Below, piece by piece: positions 48,612 through 60,110 of a stretch of 64,000 bases of DNA; within the stretch, counting starts at the first letter, position 1; every line of letters begins with the position of its first letter. The DNA lies in the NCBI RefSeq assembly GCF_008831285.2, contig NC_045138.2, positions 7,564,001-7,628,000 on the forward strand, in the 5' to 3' direction. Origin of the DNA: Nymphaea colorata. Lineage: Eukaryota. The translations under genes and the position numbers were made by a program. Below the pieces are notes generated by a model that did no database searches, had not been told where the DNA came from, and saw nothing but the letters and a program-made list of their open reading frames with translations.

Positions 48612-51454
48612 TGAGATGGTTGGCTTTTATGGTGTTATTGTGCGCTTTGAGTTCGAAACTTCCATGCATGTTAGTACTGTTCGTTGCAAGATGTCATGTT
48701 AAGTACTCAAAAGTAGTAGCGACCCTATTTTCTTACAGCGTGGTTCTTGAGGCTAGTAAAAGCCATTTGTTTTATGTGCTTCCTGGTTTCAGTATGCTGT
48801 TGTGATTAAGCTTGATAGTGAGAAAATAAAGCAATTTGGAATTCAAACTTGGTGACTAAACACGATTAGTTCAACGTAAATGCACCTGTGCCAATTTAAA
48901 CTTATAATTGGATCTAAAGTATAACAACAATGAAGATCCAAAGTATAACAACAATGAAACATTGTGCACAGGCATATACAATAATAAAAATGCCCCTATT
49001 TTAAGTGAGAAGAAACATTTTAAAGGGACAAAAAAGAGTTATGAAAAAATTAAATTAAAAAGAATATTTCTTCGTAAAAAAAAATCTAAAGTACCCCAAC
49101 CCCCCTTCATTTTCCCTTTGTTATATTCTTGTGACGTGCACACTGCTCGATCTGTCTGCAAAAGCATAAAAATAAGTAGAGGGACATATATATATATATA
49201 TATGCTCCGACAGATGCTTTTGGAAGAGGTTTAAAATTCAATGGTTAAAATTGTTAGAAATGTTTTTTCAAGGAGATAAATAATTGATCAAAGTTTGATG
49301 TTATGAACTTAAATAGTTTTGAAGGACGAATACAGTCCAATGCAGGTTCTTCCTGATTAACTACATAGATAACATTATGCAGGCGTAGATTGAAGAAGAA
49401 AATTAAGAATATACTGCTATGTCACCTAGACTTGCCTGCTCATGCAACAATGAGAACCGTGTGTCCCTGGCCGCACCTGATTGTGCACCATTGCGTGTAA
49501 AAAGGAATTGTGGTAACAAGAAAAAGGAAAGGAAAAGGAAAAAAAATGTACCTATCCGCATCTTTTTCCTCTTTCTTCAGCAACAACCAGCCACCGACAG
49601 AATCCAACGTCCGGTGGAACCACGACAGCAGCCCCAGAAATTTTGAAGACTGCACCACCTACACCTCTTATTCATGTAGTATAGATCAAAAGATGCTTAA
49701 CATCAATTAAGGACATATCAAAAGAGATTTCGCCAATATGCGGGAGTCCATAAACAGCTATCAAGGCTAAGCTCAATTCGGCCTTTCGCCCGGGCCAATG
49801 CCCTTCCCTTTCGCTCACCTGGAAGCAAATTTAGGTTCGGTGGAAGCAAATTTAGGTTCAGTCGGGGTAGCTCTTATGGGTGGACCCAAGTCCATTCCAC
49901 ACTGAAATCCTGCAGACCTATTCAGGCAATTGCCCCCTCCGGCCCACATGTGGCTGTACCACTACTGAACCTCACTTCACCAACAACTTCCAAACAAGGG
50001 TTTCTGGTTAAATTTGTTTCTTTTTTTATTATACAGCATATTTGTGTTGGAAGCTAATTAAGCATATGAATCCAGCAAAAGGCAGTTTTACCATCATTTG
50101 ATTCAGTGTAAATGAGCTTCCAATTATGAGCAGTACTTACGTCAATGGTTCAAAATATGTGAACCTCTGGCCCCAACTTTTTGAATGTCATCTATAGTAG
50201 AATAATTTATACATGTTTATCTTTGTATATTTTTTTTCTTCATTCTTATTATAATCAAAATATGTGAACCTCTGGCCCCAAGGGGCATATCGTAGCTAGT
50301 CGGGCTGACAGATCATTGAGACTTTAATTTCCATAAAAGTACCTCATCCACACGGGAAATAGTTGCAATGTGACATCCTAGTTGACAAGTGTACCGTATG
50401 TCCACCTATGCCCCTAAGAAGTCCTAAACTCTGCGACAAAGGAAAGGAGGGGAAAGCTTCAGCCCTTCTTCCGGTGGCTTCTGTTCACTGAATAATACAA
50501 GAACCTCTGAGAAATCAGATTCAGTAAAAGTAACATTTTATTCAAATCTGGTCGATTGATGTACAATGCATAATATTGGCTGACGTGGACTGATATTAAC
50601 GACACGAGAGAGAGGACATTGAAGATACAATACATGTTAGACGATACGAAAAATTATTAATAGCAATTGGTAACCAATAGAGTAGTTACATTACCTGCTC
50701 CTCTAGTCACAGCACTAGTAATGTTTCTATTAAATGTTAAATAGGGTCCTGCACTGCACACTCCTTTACAAGGGAGGAAGTGGTTGGGCATTGTGGGTAA
50801 CGCTGTCTTCTTAGTTGTGTCAGATTTTTTTCTAATCTGGCAGATTGGTAAAGAAAGTTAATAGATTACAAGTTGCCTTGATTCCGATCATGATATTATG
50901 TCAGGGTGTAGAGCTGATAATCACCACATGTCTTGTGTTCAAATTGTCTTGAGTGAATTTATAAAAGAAACTGGGCTCCCTTCCAATTCTCAACAGTCTT
51001 GCTTTATTCCTTTTAATGTTCAATCTGGTAAAATTCAAGAAATAGTTGATATTTTGAGCTGGGTCCTGCTAATCTTCCTGTTCCATGTCTTGAAATTCCC
51101 TTGTTCACAAGAAACATTCCTAGTCCATAAATTGCTCCGATACCATGATAAAGTACAAGAGAGAGGAAAAGAAAATTGGTTGTTTCATTGACAAAGATTA
51201 CAAAGGACATATATAAATACAAGTTGTTACAATATAAAACAGTAATCGATGGAAATCCATTCCCAAATTACTGGTGTTTGATATATTACAGCGTGAGTAT
51301 GGACATTTTTTATATATTCAATGATCAAGCACTGGACATAAGTAAAGCCACGTGTTTCTCCAACATGGTGTTCTTAAAACATACATGGGAAACATGTGTT
51401 TCAAAAATATGATATTCTTTTCGAAAAATCGTTTTAGGTATGATGCGGCGGAAC

Positions 51455-51780
51455 TGAATTATATTGTAGTTATTGCACATATTAAATTACTACAGTATGT
51501 GTAACCTGCCCCCCTATGACATTTGAAACAGGGATTGACCACTTATCCCATCCCATTTTTGTATAATTTTTATTGCACATACTAAATTACTACGATATGT
51601 GTCACTTGCCCCCTATGACATGTGAAGCAGGGATTGGCCACCTATCCCATCCTATTTTCTGTATTGTTTTATTGCACATATTAAATTACTATAATGTGTG
51701 TCACCTGCCCCCTGTGACATTTGAAACAGCAATTGACCACCTACCAGTCTGTAATACTGTATACCAATCTGTAATACCGT
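51455..51780. repeat. 99-bp minisatellite, about 3 copies (about 1.5 copies at 36230-36434)
   Basis: TTATTGCACA at 51471, 51570 and 51669; TTATTGC.CC at 36250 and 36349; each unit contains TGAA.CAG..ATTG.CCAC.TA.C. Confidence 0.85.
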
Positions 51781-52871
51781 ATAGGCCAGACACTTTCCAA
51801 AATAGAACTAATATAGTGGTTCCATTTTTCCTTCTTTTTTAACATTTAGCATGTGAGAGTCTGTGACAGAGACTTACAACAAGCCATACTCTCACGGTAG
51901 ACCACGAAGAATGTGTATAAACAGATCTTCTTCAGCAACTGGTTTTCTTGCAACCTTAAGATGAAAAGCTAGGTTTCTGACTCTTTGAAAGTATTTTTTG
52001 TGATACTTTTAGGTTCCTTTTTCATAAACTGAAGCTGCTCTTTCAGTTGCATGATCCGAGCACTTGATTGAGTAGCATGGGAACCCTTCAGCGCCTTTCA
52101 GACTTGACAGGAGGCGGGGGATCCCTTCAGGCCGAGAGATCCACCTTCCCTCTCTCTCGCTCTCTTATGTACGGACAAGAAAAAATGAATGTTTTTTTTA
52201 TTTAGAATCTACAAAATCTAAAAATCTTCAACCTCGAATAAGTTTCTATGTTTTATTCACATAGACACTTATAAATAGTCAGAATTTCGAGAAATAACGT
52301 AGCGGGCTAAAAAGTTGTCTTTATACACAAAAGGTGCAGTGAAATTATGCAATTTATATGACATCCAACCTGTTATTTCTTGTAAACTAAGTCCATTGTA
52401 TTAAGTTTATGGGCTACTGCTTGAGCTAATTGTGCATCATTTCTTTTTTAATGTTTTCTTAAGGAAAATTGTCTTTCTTGTAAAGCCCCATGGCCATACC
52501 GTGTAGCCCTAAGGTTCTGGCTGGCTTTGCATCGACTTGGATGTTGTGTTTACTACCGAAAGAACAACATATCAGAACATGATAGCGACCACAAAATTCA
52601 AACATCATATCTCTTGAGTGTAAGCCACCTTGCCACCCAGTTGCCCTACAGTAACCCGTTGAGTATTTTGAATATCAGAAAGGATTTTGAATATCATCAA
52701 AGCAAAGGACAGTACACCAAGAAAATTAATGCAACAGTGACATTTTCTTACATCATTTAGTTTTCACAACCAAACATATTCCATCTTATTATTGATTTGT
52801 AGTAACACTTATTACAGCGAGCATAAAACACAACTGAGAATTACTACAACAGGCGAACATACACACGGCTT

Positions 52872-52872
<1 letters not shown>

Positions 52873-52956
<84 letters not shown>
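52873..52956. repeat. Poly(A) plus (TA)n microsatellite
   Basis: Directly visible; further (TA)n runs at about 58848-58897 and 59043-59079. Confidence 0.95.
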
Positions 52957-52958
<2 letters not shown>

Positions 52959-53001
52959 GCTCCAGTAATATTTCCTTCTTGTCCGCTATCTCATTCTCTC
53001 T

Positions 53002-53356
53002 CTACTCAAGCACAGCCACAAACGACTCGAGGATATCTGTCCCATTCAGATCCAACTCATGAGTAACGATGCCCTCGTAGACCTTGCAAAAGTCTCTTGT
53101 CGTTCGTCGTCTCTACCAGAAAGCGGCGAGTCTCCGCTCCAATTTGCAAAGGCGTCCAGATCTGCCCCTCCAACACCAATCCTGTGATTTTGGACTCGCT
53201 GACGGCAAACTTCGCCTCCTCGTAGAAGACAGGGGACTTCCTTGCGTCGGCCACATCCTCCCAGTGTCCCGCAGAACGCAGCATAAAGGCAGCCATGGCC
53301 ATGCTCGAGATGCTAGCAAGAAAGAGTAGTAACAGGAAACAAGGTTGCATGGCCAT
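53002..53356 (-). pseudogene. Secreted cystatin-like gene with one frameshift near 53095
   Basis: Signal peptide; G.W..V.D...P and EAKFAVSE (LARFAV-like helix); a second frame continues FCKVYEGIV...ILESFVAVLE* to TAG at 53004-53002, matching the phytocystatin YE..V / L.SF ends. QxVxG is degenerate (QIGAE). Confidence 0.65.
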
Positions 53357-53516
53357 GGATGATCTCTTTGATTAATGTCCACTACTTGGCGAATGCAAGT
53401 TCTGGCTTCTTTGCTTTTACGACCTGCTCTGTGAGGGGATGGTAAAGAAGGCAGGACAACAGCGTGCCTTTGACACTTAAAAGGATATTCTTGCAGGATA
53501 TCTTGATCATGTTTTA

Positions 53517-56500
53517 TGTAAAGAGGAAGAAACGTAAAGGGGGGAAAGACTAAGGCAGAATAGGGGAGTCAATCATATCCTTTCATTCCATTGTGCCATA
53601 TATATACAAAGGTTTTATTACAACGGTACAAGAGGAAACTTTATTAACGAGAAGGTGTTAAACTTGGAAGGAGAGGAAGAGAGACGTTTGAGAGAGGAGA
53701 GACATTGAAAATTTTGAACGTTGTAAGGTCATTTGGATAATACGACCTCTTGATCCAGTGTTACAACTAAATTTAACACTCCCCCTCAAACTGGTGTGTA
53801 AAGATTTGTGACACACAGTTTGCATAGAAGATGATTAAAACCTTCTTTTCCAAGCGCCTTAGTAAATAAATCGGCTATTTGATCCTTGCTTCGAATATAG
53901 CACGTTCGTATGATCCCTTGAATCAATTTCTCTCGTACAACATGACAGCCAAGTTCGATGTGTTTTGTCCGTTCATAAAACACTAGATTTGCAGCCATGT
54001 ATAATGCAGCTTGATTGTCACAGTATACAGTTATTGGCGATATTTGACTAAAACCCATGTCATGTAATAGGTATCTTAGCCATGTTGTCTCACATACTAC
54101 ATTTGCCATTGATCTATATTCTGCCTCTACGGATGATCTGGATACCGTGTTTTGCTTCTTTGTATTCCAAGATATAGGCACTGATCCAAGAAAAACACAA
54201 TAACCGGTGACAGAACGTCATGTTTGTTGACATGCGGCCCAATCTGAATCACAGAAAGCACTTAATTGCATATTATTTTCTTTCCCCATAAGAATGCCTT
54301 GACCCGGATGCTTTTTGAGGTAACGGATGACGCAAAATGCTGCTTGTAAATGTGGTAGTCGAGGTTGTTGCATGAATCTGCTTAACACATGCACAACATA
54401 TTGTATGTATGGCCGAGTAATACTCAAATATATTAACCTCCCAACAATTCGACGGTATTGCATCGGATCCTTAATGAAGTCTCCATGCTCGATGTCTAAG
54501 TTATGCTTTTGTTCCATAGGGGTATCAACCGGTTTTGCTCCCAAAAGACCTGTTTCATGAATAATGTCAGTTGCATATTTTTGTTGAGAAATATATATTC
54601 CTTTGGCTGAGTGAACAATTTAAATTCCTAAAAAGTATTTGGGTTTGCCCAAATCTTTCATGTGAAATTTTTTGCATAAGGTTTTGAAATTGTTAATTGC
54701 TGCTTCTGTATTACCCGCAATTATTAAATCATCGACATATATTAGGATAGCAATGAAAACCTTACCACGTCTAAAGGTGAATATGTATGATCAACTTTGG
54801 ATTGTACGAACCCGTATTCTTCAAGGGAAGTTGAAAGTTTATAAAACCAATTTCTTGGGGATTGTTTCAAACCATAAAGAGATTTGTGCAATTTACATAC
54901 CTGGTTCTCCCCCTGTTTTGAGTATCCTTGTTGTATTTTCATGTATACTTCTTCAAGTAGGTCTCCATGCAAGAATGCATTATTAACATCCATTTGGCAC
55001 ATGATCCAATCTTGATTGGCTGCAATAGTAAAGAAGGTACGTACCATTACCATCTTTGCAATGGGTGCAAAAGTTTCGTTATAGTCCAGCCCCTCTTGTT
55101 GAGAATATCCTTTAGCGACCAAACGAGCTTTATATCTTTCAATGGATCCATCCGATCTCAACTTGATCTTGTAGACCCATTTACTCCCAATTGGTTTCAC
55201 TCCTTTTGGAAGCGTTGTAATGGTCCAACTCTTATTCTCTTGAAGTGCATGAATTTTGCAATCCATGGCATCTCTCCACTCCTCGTACTGGACGGCTTCT
55301 TCATAAGTTTGAGGCTTATATTTTGACATAAGAGAGGTGAGAAACACAAAATGTTTATCAGAAAAACGTTGAAAAGAAATAAACTTGTTTAAGTCATACC
55401 TTGTTCCTTGTTGGCGACTTGACATGAGAGTGTTATTGGTTGAAGGTGAGGCGAGGAGGGTGCAAAAGTCATCCTTCAACCAAGTTGTGGGTTTTCTGAT
55501 CCGAGCGGATCTCCTAATGGGTCCGGAAGTCTTAGTAGGATCAAGTGAAGGGTTTGGCTCATTGGACTCCATGGGTACAATAGAGTCTCCTTGATGTTCA
55601 AGGTTCAAAGGATTTTTAATCTCTAAGTAGGTTGGTTCTAGATCTAGTGGTGTGCTAGAGAATGTTCTATTGGTTTTCTCTTGGTAATTAACTTCGTCTT
55701 GGGTGTAAGGTATGTGCAAAACAATTTTATTTTCGTCATCTTTTTTGTTTTGGAAATGAAAGATATGATCATAAAAAATAACGTCGCGACTAGAAAACAC
55801 TTTGTGAGTTTCTATGTCATACAACTTGTATGCTTTTTGCCCCTCAGGATATCCAATAAATATGCATTTGGATGCCCGAGGTTCTAATTTGTCCTTTTTG
55901 TGAATAGTGTTAGTGGCGTAGCATAGAGAGCAAAAAATCTTCAAGTGTTTAATATTGGGTTTTTTTCTTAAACAACCTTTCAGAAGGGGTTTTTCCATCA
56001 TGTTTTGAAGAGGGAATACGATTTATCAAATAGGCAGTCGTTAAAATGCATTCCCCCCAAAAACGTATAGGAAGATTTGATTCAAACCGAAGAGCTAGCA
56101 ACCTCGAGAAGGTGTCTATGCTTACGTTCTACTACACCGTTTTGTTGTGGTGTAGCGACATAACTGTGTTGATGAGTAGTCCCTTGATTTTGTAAAAAAT
56201 CTTTTATTTTGAGTGAGAAAAACTCAGTCCCATTATCTGATCGTAAAGATTTAATTTGGTAGTTAAATTGAGTTTTGATTAAGGCAAAAAATTTTTTGAT
56301 GACATCAAGCATTTCGTACTTATGCCTCATTAAGAAAATCCAAGTGGCACGTGAAAAATCATCTACAATACTAAGAAAATAGTAGGCACCAGAAATAGTG
56401 GATTGGGTGTAACGACCCCAAATATCACAATGTATCAGATCCAAATGATGAATCGTAGAAATATCACTCAAAGCAAACTCAAGTCGTGTTTGTTTTGCAC

Positions 56501-58477
56501 GATGGCACACATCACACATATGATCATTATTCAAGTCAAGACTTAAACATAAATTTTGGTTCACTAATTTTAGATGGGAAGATGAAAGATGACCTAATCT
56601 CTTATGCCATAGTTCATGCGAAGAAAGAGAAAAATAGGTGTGAACACACGTTGATCCTTGTTGAAGAACATATAGACCGATTTTTGCCTCACCCCGACCA
56701 ATCGTCATCTTCGATGCCAGGTCCTGGATAACACAATAGTCAGAAAAAAAAGTTACAGAACACTTTAGGTTCTTATTGAGTTCACTAACAAATAGTAAAT
56801 TAACTTTAAATGATGGTATGCACAATACGTTATCTATTTCAAAAGAAGACATATATATCTTACCCATTTGATGTACAAGAAGGGTTCCCCATTTGGTAAT
56901 GTCACAGGTACATTACACATTTTTAAATCATGAAGTGCATGCAAATTAGAGTATATATGTCGACTAGCTCCCGAATCGATAATCCATGTAAGAGAATGTA
57001 AATTTGTTGAACCATTGTTACCTGTGTGAGCTACATTACCTGCGAAATTGATGTTGGCTGGCTGATCCTTCACCAAAGATAGAAGTCTGTGATATTGTTC
57101 AAGGGTGAAGGCTGGCGCAACACTCTTACTATCATGTCCTCCACTGCCTTGACCAAAGACATCATTGGAAAATCTGGATTTCAGATCTGAGTTGATTTGT
57201 TTTTGACTTACGCTGGCTGCAACATTTTGTTTAAAATTGGGATCATAAAGATGGTGGCCTGGTGGATACCCAATCAGCTTGAAGCATTTCTCTTTGATGT
57301 GTCCGACGCCTTGACAAAAACTGCATATTGGTCTGGTTTGTCGTCCTCGTTGAAATCCAGCACCATCATCTTGATGAAACCTTTTGTCTTGGCTAGTTTT
57401 CATGACAGCTAAGGCAGTGGTTCCTTCATTTGCCGAACTGGAAAAACGTGCTTTCCATTGTTTTTCTTCTTGTAGTACCGTAGCTTAGACTTTATTTATA
57501 TTTGAGAGATGGTCAACAAGTAGAATATGCCCTTTGATTGAATTGTAAGAGTCGTTTAGACCCATAAGAAATTGCATAACACATTCTCTTTGGATTTGAT
57601 CAGAATATGCCTTCATGGCACCACAAGAGCAAATAGGAACAAGAGAGTAGGAACCAAGTTCATCCCAAAGAGCCATTAGTTTAGTATAATACAACGCAAC
57701 AGACATAGTATCCTGCTGTAATTGTGTGGAACTCTGGATTTGAAAAATCCTGGGAGCAAGACTTTGTGTCAAACGCTCTTTTAAATCTTGCCAGACTTCT
57801 CTAGCATTAGTTGAGTATATGATGCTTACTAAAATGTCCTTGGTGACAGAATTCAGAATCCAAGACAATACAAGATTATTGCACCTAACCCACAAACGGT
57901 GGTTAGGATCATTCTTATTTGGTTCTATAATTGAACCATCTATAAATTTGATCTTGTTTTTCACTGAGAGAGCCATCACCATGGCTCTACTCCACGTTCC
58001 ATAAATTTCTCCATTAAAACTTTGAGACACCAAAGCATTTCCAGGATTATCAGAATGATGAATATAAAAGGGATCAGACAACACCTGGATATCGGCACCA
58101 TTGATGTTGAAATCTGCATCATCACCAGCCGAACAGCCATTTTTTATCTCCTTAGGTGCACGTTCTGCCATTGAACTCAATGCTCTGATACCATGTGAAT
58201 TTTCCTCATGAAAGACGTAAAGAGGAAGAAACGTAAAGGGGGGAAAGAGTAAGGCAGAATAGGCGAGTCAATCATATCCTTTCATTCCATTGTGCCATAT
58301 ATATACAAAGGTTTTATTACAACAGTACAAGAGGAGACTTTCTTAACGAGAAGGTGTTAAACTTGGAAGGATAGGAAGAGAGACGTTTGAGAGAGGAGAG
58401 ACGTTGAAAATTTTGAACGTTGTAAGGTCGTTTGGATAATGCAACCTCTTGATCCAGCGTTACAACTAAATTTAACA
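53517..58477 (-). mobile_element. Full-length, decayed Ty1/Copia LTR retrotransposon
   Basis: LTRs 53517-53778 and 58194-58477 (TG...CA); PBS TGGTATCAGAGC (iMet type) at 58193-58182; PPT next to 53779; TSD TTTTA/TTGTA; domain order gag, zinc knuckle, protease (WIIDSGAS), integrase, RT, RNase H over 6 broken ORFs. Confidence 0.97.
53786..58180 (-). pseudogene. Copia gag-pol polyprotein, broken by frameshifts and stops
   Basis: ORFs 57485-58180 (gag), 56834-57403 (CCHC and protease), 56082-56867 (HKRLGH, RSDNG, QQNGVVERKHR), 54742-56001 ([17 protein letters not shown]), 54218-54544, 53786-54181 (SVEAEYR, RTKHIE). Confidence 0.93.
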
Positions 58478-58844
58478 TTGTATCATTCAAATTTCAAGGC
58501 GTCACAGGTGACAATCGCTAATCTAATGGCTGCAAGCCATTGAATCTGCTGGTTGTCTGATAATTTATCGAAAATAAAAAAATTGTCTTGCAAGCATCAT
58601 AAACTATTGTTAAAACTATCATGAACCGTCGATGTGCTGCAAACCATCAATACTCAGTCCAAAGATCTATATATATAATGAAATAGACTAAACACGAATG
58701 ATGACAATCAGGAATAGCTTCACACGAACTAAGACTTGATCCATATTAAACTAGTATTTATAAACACATCAAGAACTTCACATTTTTTTAAAATACTTTT
58801 TAACACAAGTTTAAAGGGTTTTATTTTTATCCCTTAGATAAGTG

Positions 58845-58900
<56 letters not shown>

Positions 58901-59040
58901 TTGAAATCAACCAACAACCAATGTGCTCGGATGATTAATTTTTTTTTTTTGCTTTCTGTCACTAAAAACCGTGAGAAAAGTTGCATTCTATTGCTAAAAC
59001 TAGGGCCAAATAGATGGCCATTGTAGATAGAAGTAGTCAG

Positions 59041-59081
<41 letters not shown>

Positions 59082-59179
59082 AGATTGGTGCTCCTGTTTA
59101 AGTGAACTTGTGGGCAGTTCCAGCGTGCCCGATTCCTAAAGATTGTGATTCTTCGCATGTTTTCTTCCACTGACCCTGG

Positions 59180-60110
59180 TCATAGTTTGACAATCAACAA
59201 TGTGAAGTGGAGTGATACACTACTAAAGGTAGCGTAGTCCTCTCTCTCTCCCCACAGGAGCACCCTTGTGTGGGGATGCCAACGGGTCAGATTCAGATCG
59301 AATATCCAACCGAATTGCTTTAAAAAAATTGGATATGAAAAGAAATTTAACATCCGATCAAAAATCGGAATCATAGTTTGACAATCAACGATGTGAAGTG
59401 GAGTGATACACTACTAAAGGTAGCGTGGTCCTCTCTCTCTCCCCACAGAAGCACCCTTGTGTAGGGATGCCAACGGGTCGGATTCAGATTGAATATCCAA
59501 CCGAATTGCTTTAAAAAAATCGGATATGAAAAGAAATTTAACATCCGATCAAAAAATCGGATTCATAGTTTGACAATCAACGATGTGAAGTGAAGTGATA
59601 AACTACTAAAAGTAGTGTGGTCCTCTCTCTCTCCCCACAGGGATGTCAATGGATCAGATTCAGATCGGATATCCAACCGAATTACTTTAAAAAAATCGGA
59701 TATGAAAAGAAATTGAACATCCGATCAAAAGATCGGATTCATAGTTTGACAATCAACGATGTGAAGTGAAGTGATAAACTACTAAAGGTAGTGTGGTCCT
59801 CTCTCTTTCCCCACAAGAGCACCTTTGTGTCGAGATGTCAACGGATCATATTCGGATCAGATATCCAACCGAATTGCTTTAAAAAATCGGATATGAAAAG
59901 AAATTTAACATTCGATCAAAAAATCAGATTCATAGTTTGACAATCAACAATGTGAAGTGAAATGAAAAACTACTAAAGGTAGCGTGGTGCTCTCTCTCTC
60001 CCCACAAGAGCACCCTTGTGTAGGGATGTCAACGGATCGGATATCTAACCAAATTGCTTTAAAAAAATCGGATATGAAAAGAAATTTAACATCTGATCAA
60101 AAAAATCAGA
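59180..60110. repeat. Tandem array of 5 units, about 191 bp each (host flank plus hAT left end)
   Basis: TCATAGTTTGACAATCAAC starts at 59180, 59371, 59563, 59739 and 59930. Confidence 0.95.

Larger units (their letters stand above)
36375..51780. repeat. About 15.2-kb tandem segmental duplication, unit B
   Basis: Counterpart of unit A; homology ends after GTAATACCGT at 51780. Confidence 0.97.

Noticed and set aside
59180..60110. Regularly spaced repeats superficially like a CRISPR array
   Set aside because: Whole 191-bp units repeat with no unique spacers; eukaryotic context and no cas genes.
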